Positions 17,401 through 17,713 of a DNA stretch of 17,713 bases are shown piece by piece. Origin of the DNA: an archaeon (lineage in GTDB: Archaea > Iainarchaeota > Iainarchaeia > Iainarchaeales > CSSED10-239); contig DAOOUC010000013.1 in NCBI GenBank assembly GCA_035390665.1, positions 1 through 17,713 on the forward strand. Reading direction: 5' to 3'. Below the pieces are notes generated by a model, which ran no database searches, had not been told where the DNA came from, and was given only the letters and a program-made list of their open reading frames with translations. Numbering within the stretch: the first letter of the stretch is position 1; each line of letters begins with the position of its first letter. Made by a program: the position numbers and the translations under genes.

Positions 17401-17713
17401 AATTTTCTGAAGTTGGAAAAATTAATTCTAAAAGGAAAGGAGAAGCAATTGTAAAATTATCTTCTTATGGAATAACCCCTATGGAATTACTTTCAGTAAT
17501 ACAAACAACAAAAGATGAAATGATTAAAGATAAAAAAGACAATGAAATAATCTATGCTTATGTTGATTGGGAAAAAGAATATAGTTCTTCAAACACAGAA
17601 GAATACTGTAAGACTTTAGAAAGATATAATTTAAAATTAGGAGACAAAGAAACAACATTTAGAAAACCTGCAGAATGTGATTTTGAGGAAAGTAAATCAG
17701 AAAAAACTGCAAA
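11484..17713 (+). CDS. Giant membrane-anchored, probably surface-exposed multidomain protein (partial, runs off window; at least 2,076 codons)
   Basis: Read directly from frame starting ATG at 11484: MAKAKSKPAKEEFDDFEEEDYDYSDESKSKEKNIFGKAYSFLEEKYFAFSDWLSKKG..., one TM helix (FAAVTCFFFLLLAIIILIIINIA, about 11706-11775), then repeated beta-rich Ig-like/carboxypeptidase-regulatory-like segments with many N-x-S/T sites. Open to the window edge; not listed in the ORF track, probably because no stop occurs in the window. Confidence 0.85.
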   Translation, partial: MAKAKSKPAKEEFDDFEEEDYDYSDESKSKEKNIFGKAYSFLEEKYFAFSDWLSKKGIPLDKLNTFLEEKGIPSFAAVTCFFFLLLAIIILIIINIATTATIELNITDYSNNSLSDVQLIVSDLYGKTKFSGIVNDGDKIKAKLKSGSDYVIEATKSDLENYNNQIVFVRGDKFNIKFNEKYTTGDLSIVVTDTQTKKKVPLYEVKLNFRINGEAKEEVAIADEKGEISFTNIPLDKDITLTVNADGYQTYSQNFRLLNSVETKNIELAFDEDSILLSGKESKVTIVVTKENGDLIDAADVTIYNTAGEIIATNLTVLGKSVFTLNSGQAIRFVVSKEGYRTYDSDKEERSYRIQNPEETYTAKLIAGSSDLKVKVLEKGVGPLSEAEVSLYNSSNNLIESKTTQLDGIVIFTGLDKNTEYIVTACKTGYYCLQSFANIEEENEIQQELEKVSIDTSALLSIYVYDSLNSPMTNAKVNVFKEVMSRYVATGHGTLSVDLTGQTSIMTKHGDKYKVTAIVGEVEKTEEITIDPFKDNKLILILDQASRFVTLNLTDKDGNPITEGCVLIKSKTGEILFDDCLNGSNIVEFNNKGYKDLIVEYTDIEGNTTTMSTRLGESDEINLKIKQTTVGNNPVISFLELRDSYNSLTPILSLDKEYYAVFDVLIPEGATSCAVHFRAGDDEQTDSDNMTYGITGYKADTTNYKYSTTYTPGQQSIDYDNSGSPNQINKWLELYWKNLDQITNKQIMIKLKATELDEKFILKYRVWCESEGKVYRDPIDSVLGETRSNSQKQFLYADTKEQTFDVLETPADCSGDLCIDYKFIDDSSFEYTPEKFYAVKEGLYALELSFLSMKNTELSIDSETDKSRPIIGLVNYQDTGMFPSNTVASEEVQLSYTNLNLEATKRKAVYLFFIAKETGSTYLDLKINNNSKITEKRISFNVVPRKTMEVLVKDVIPYNSPIVVEIKDKDTKKIVDTAFVKVSDDSGSLLGSVKNSKTGKYIINQNFSVAKPILEVTAPGYAPYAKHLIIADTGILSAPDRLEIRFGENISQESESFIIINKSSQEITDLTYQLNYIDYVASMQATLDLPAVLKSGKSENLELITTVDPKANFKTAKGILTISGFIGNKQVVKEIEVIYYRGTIESDCLEIKPKQLFAYVGISEGSSQELMFSVHNNCQKAISITPELLNSRGTKIRKDENIEIIIPNIDIEANEQIDDYTIVVKNNKERKLTKTYNFEIAWRNQYFVFENTKLNVELVDLSKSLVVIPLASAISLVQVVDQQPALNQTRFILKNVGKYPLTDIQISRFEATTYSNIEDKIEPPSFESIKPGESKSITIRYSGKIDKATYADLYYQVTANAVGVSTPITTKFSVGFMFSSAGCLKLDQTKISFYSKVNEEKTKLINITNQCAEPVGLITHDQGNSTYFIDTFGDGTQVSIYPAVAAPVIYPGQTIGYFIRIKPTKYFTPKTDRVVRLLGVPTNYGQGGRVTSNTFLFSIELEPEHPDQEEDYKRVEENISIPVCGKDSESDDSTVDYTFPVIVPDCKQDGYCDSYSAAELILEQIQSLHTEVINSSNQANNKVVQTACSQTAANNGYCPISDILPPQKLQEYKNILLYLQNDNLSERTIELLLKDGNTSATKYPTIKDYMVKANVGYTTGGLGFSGNVIHISNKLNGCGRYKLEITGAIATKNYTDLDPQRAYFFLDVVDSNKTDQCKKNIENVMIFLPKDLKFRRTNTGDTWLTIITGSKDFAQPIAKDVFGSEDRFVLKSVEQKKYSLLDVTIGELKDSESDAIAKMYYKDSVDSNNSKAEEVSIIINDKFGIKKEGIKDVNYPAEFITDTSRSIKAILEGKPANICISEDKSYMLIMSIDSDYGSLFLKSKADGKLQLKPTKTCTEFTVKSAVNEQVSISYEDLSGIQLNFNYDGKDYPSPMPLVLEKDKELDFNVCIKSDISQISSWNNKELKVIAESKFSEVGKINSKRKGEAIVKLSSYGITPMELLSVIQTTKDEMIKDKKDNEIIYAYVDWEKEYSSSNTEEYCKTLERYNLKLGDKETTFRKPAECDFEESKSEKTA
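12039..13400 (+). repeat. Divergent tandem protein domain repeats, about 88 aa period, within the giant surface protein
   Basis: Similar segment starts at about 12039 (DLSIVVTDTQTKKKVPLYEVKLNF), 12330 (SKVTIVVTKENGDLIDAADVTIYN), 12589 (SDLKVKVLEKGVGPLSEAEVSLYN), 12855 (ALLSIYVYDSLNSPMTNAKVNVFK) and 13121 (RFVTLNLTDKDGNPITEGCVLIKS). Confidence 0.6.

Noticed and set aside
1-17713. CRISPR array, tRNA or rRNA genes
   Set aside because: No regularly spaced repeat-spacer pattern, and no tRNA cloverleaf or rRNA signature recognised by eye; a tRNAscan-SE/Infernal run would be decisive.

Overview
AT-rich window that looks archaeal, probably DPANN-like (inference from gene content and class III prepilin-type N-terminus; not tested by search). 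The standout is a complete diversity-generating retroelement (DGR) at about 876-4602, all on the + strand. It comprises: (i) a target gene (876..2228) with an archaeal type IV pilin-like N-terminus and a C-terminal formylglycine-generating-enzyme/C-type-lectin-like domain ending in a variable region (VR, 2101..2219); (ii) two small consecutive ORFs, one clearly Avd-like (2824..3156) and one possible divergent Avd-like (2419..2817); (iii) a non-coding template repeat (TR, 3231..3349); (iv) a DGR-type reverse transcriptase (3571..4602) with IGNLTSQ and YVDD motifs. VR and TR align without gaps over 119 bp with 20 mismatches. All 20 lie at TR adenines (20 of 34 A; 0 of 85 non-A positions), and 17 of the 20 are A-to-G. 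Several inverted repeats/hairpins lie beside VR and between TR and RT. Left of the DGR is a minus-strand RelE/ParE-like toxin with a putative winged-helix antitoxin. Right of it are an EFR1-like flavodoxin/ferredoxin, a phosphoribosyltransferase, a DUF2207 membrane protein, PEP synthase, a low-molecular-weight phosphatase-like protein, LemA, and a giant (>2,070 aa) membrane-anchored surface protein that runs off the window and is absent from the supplied ORF track.
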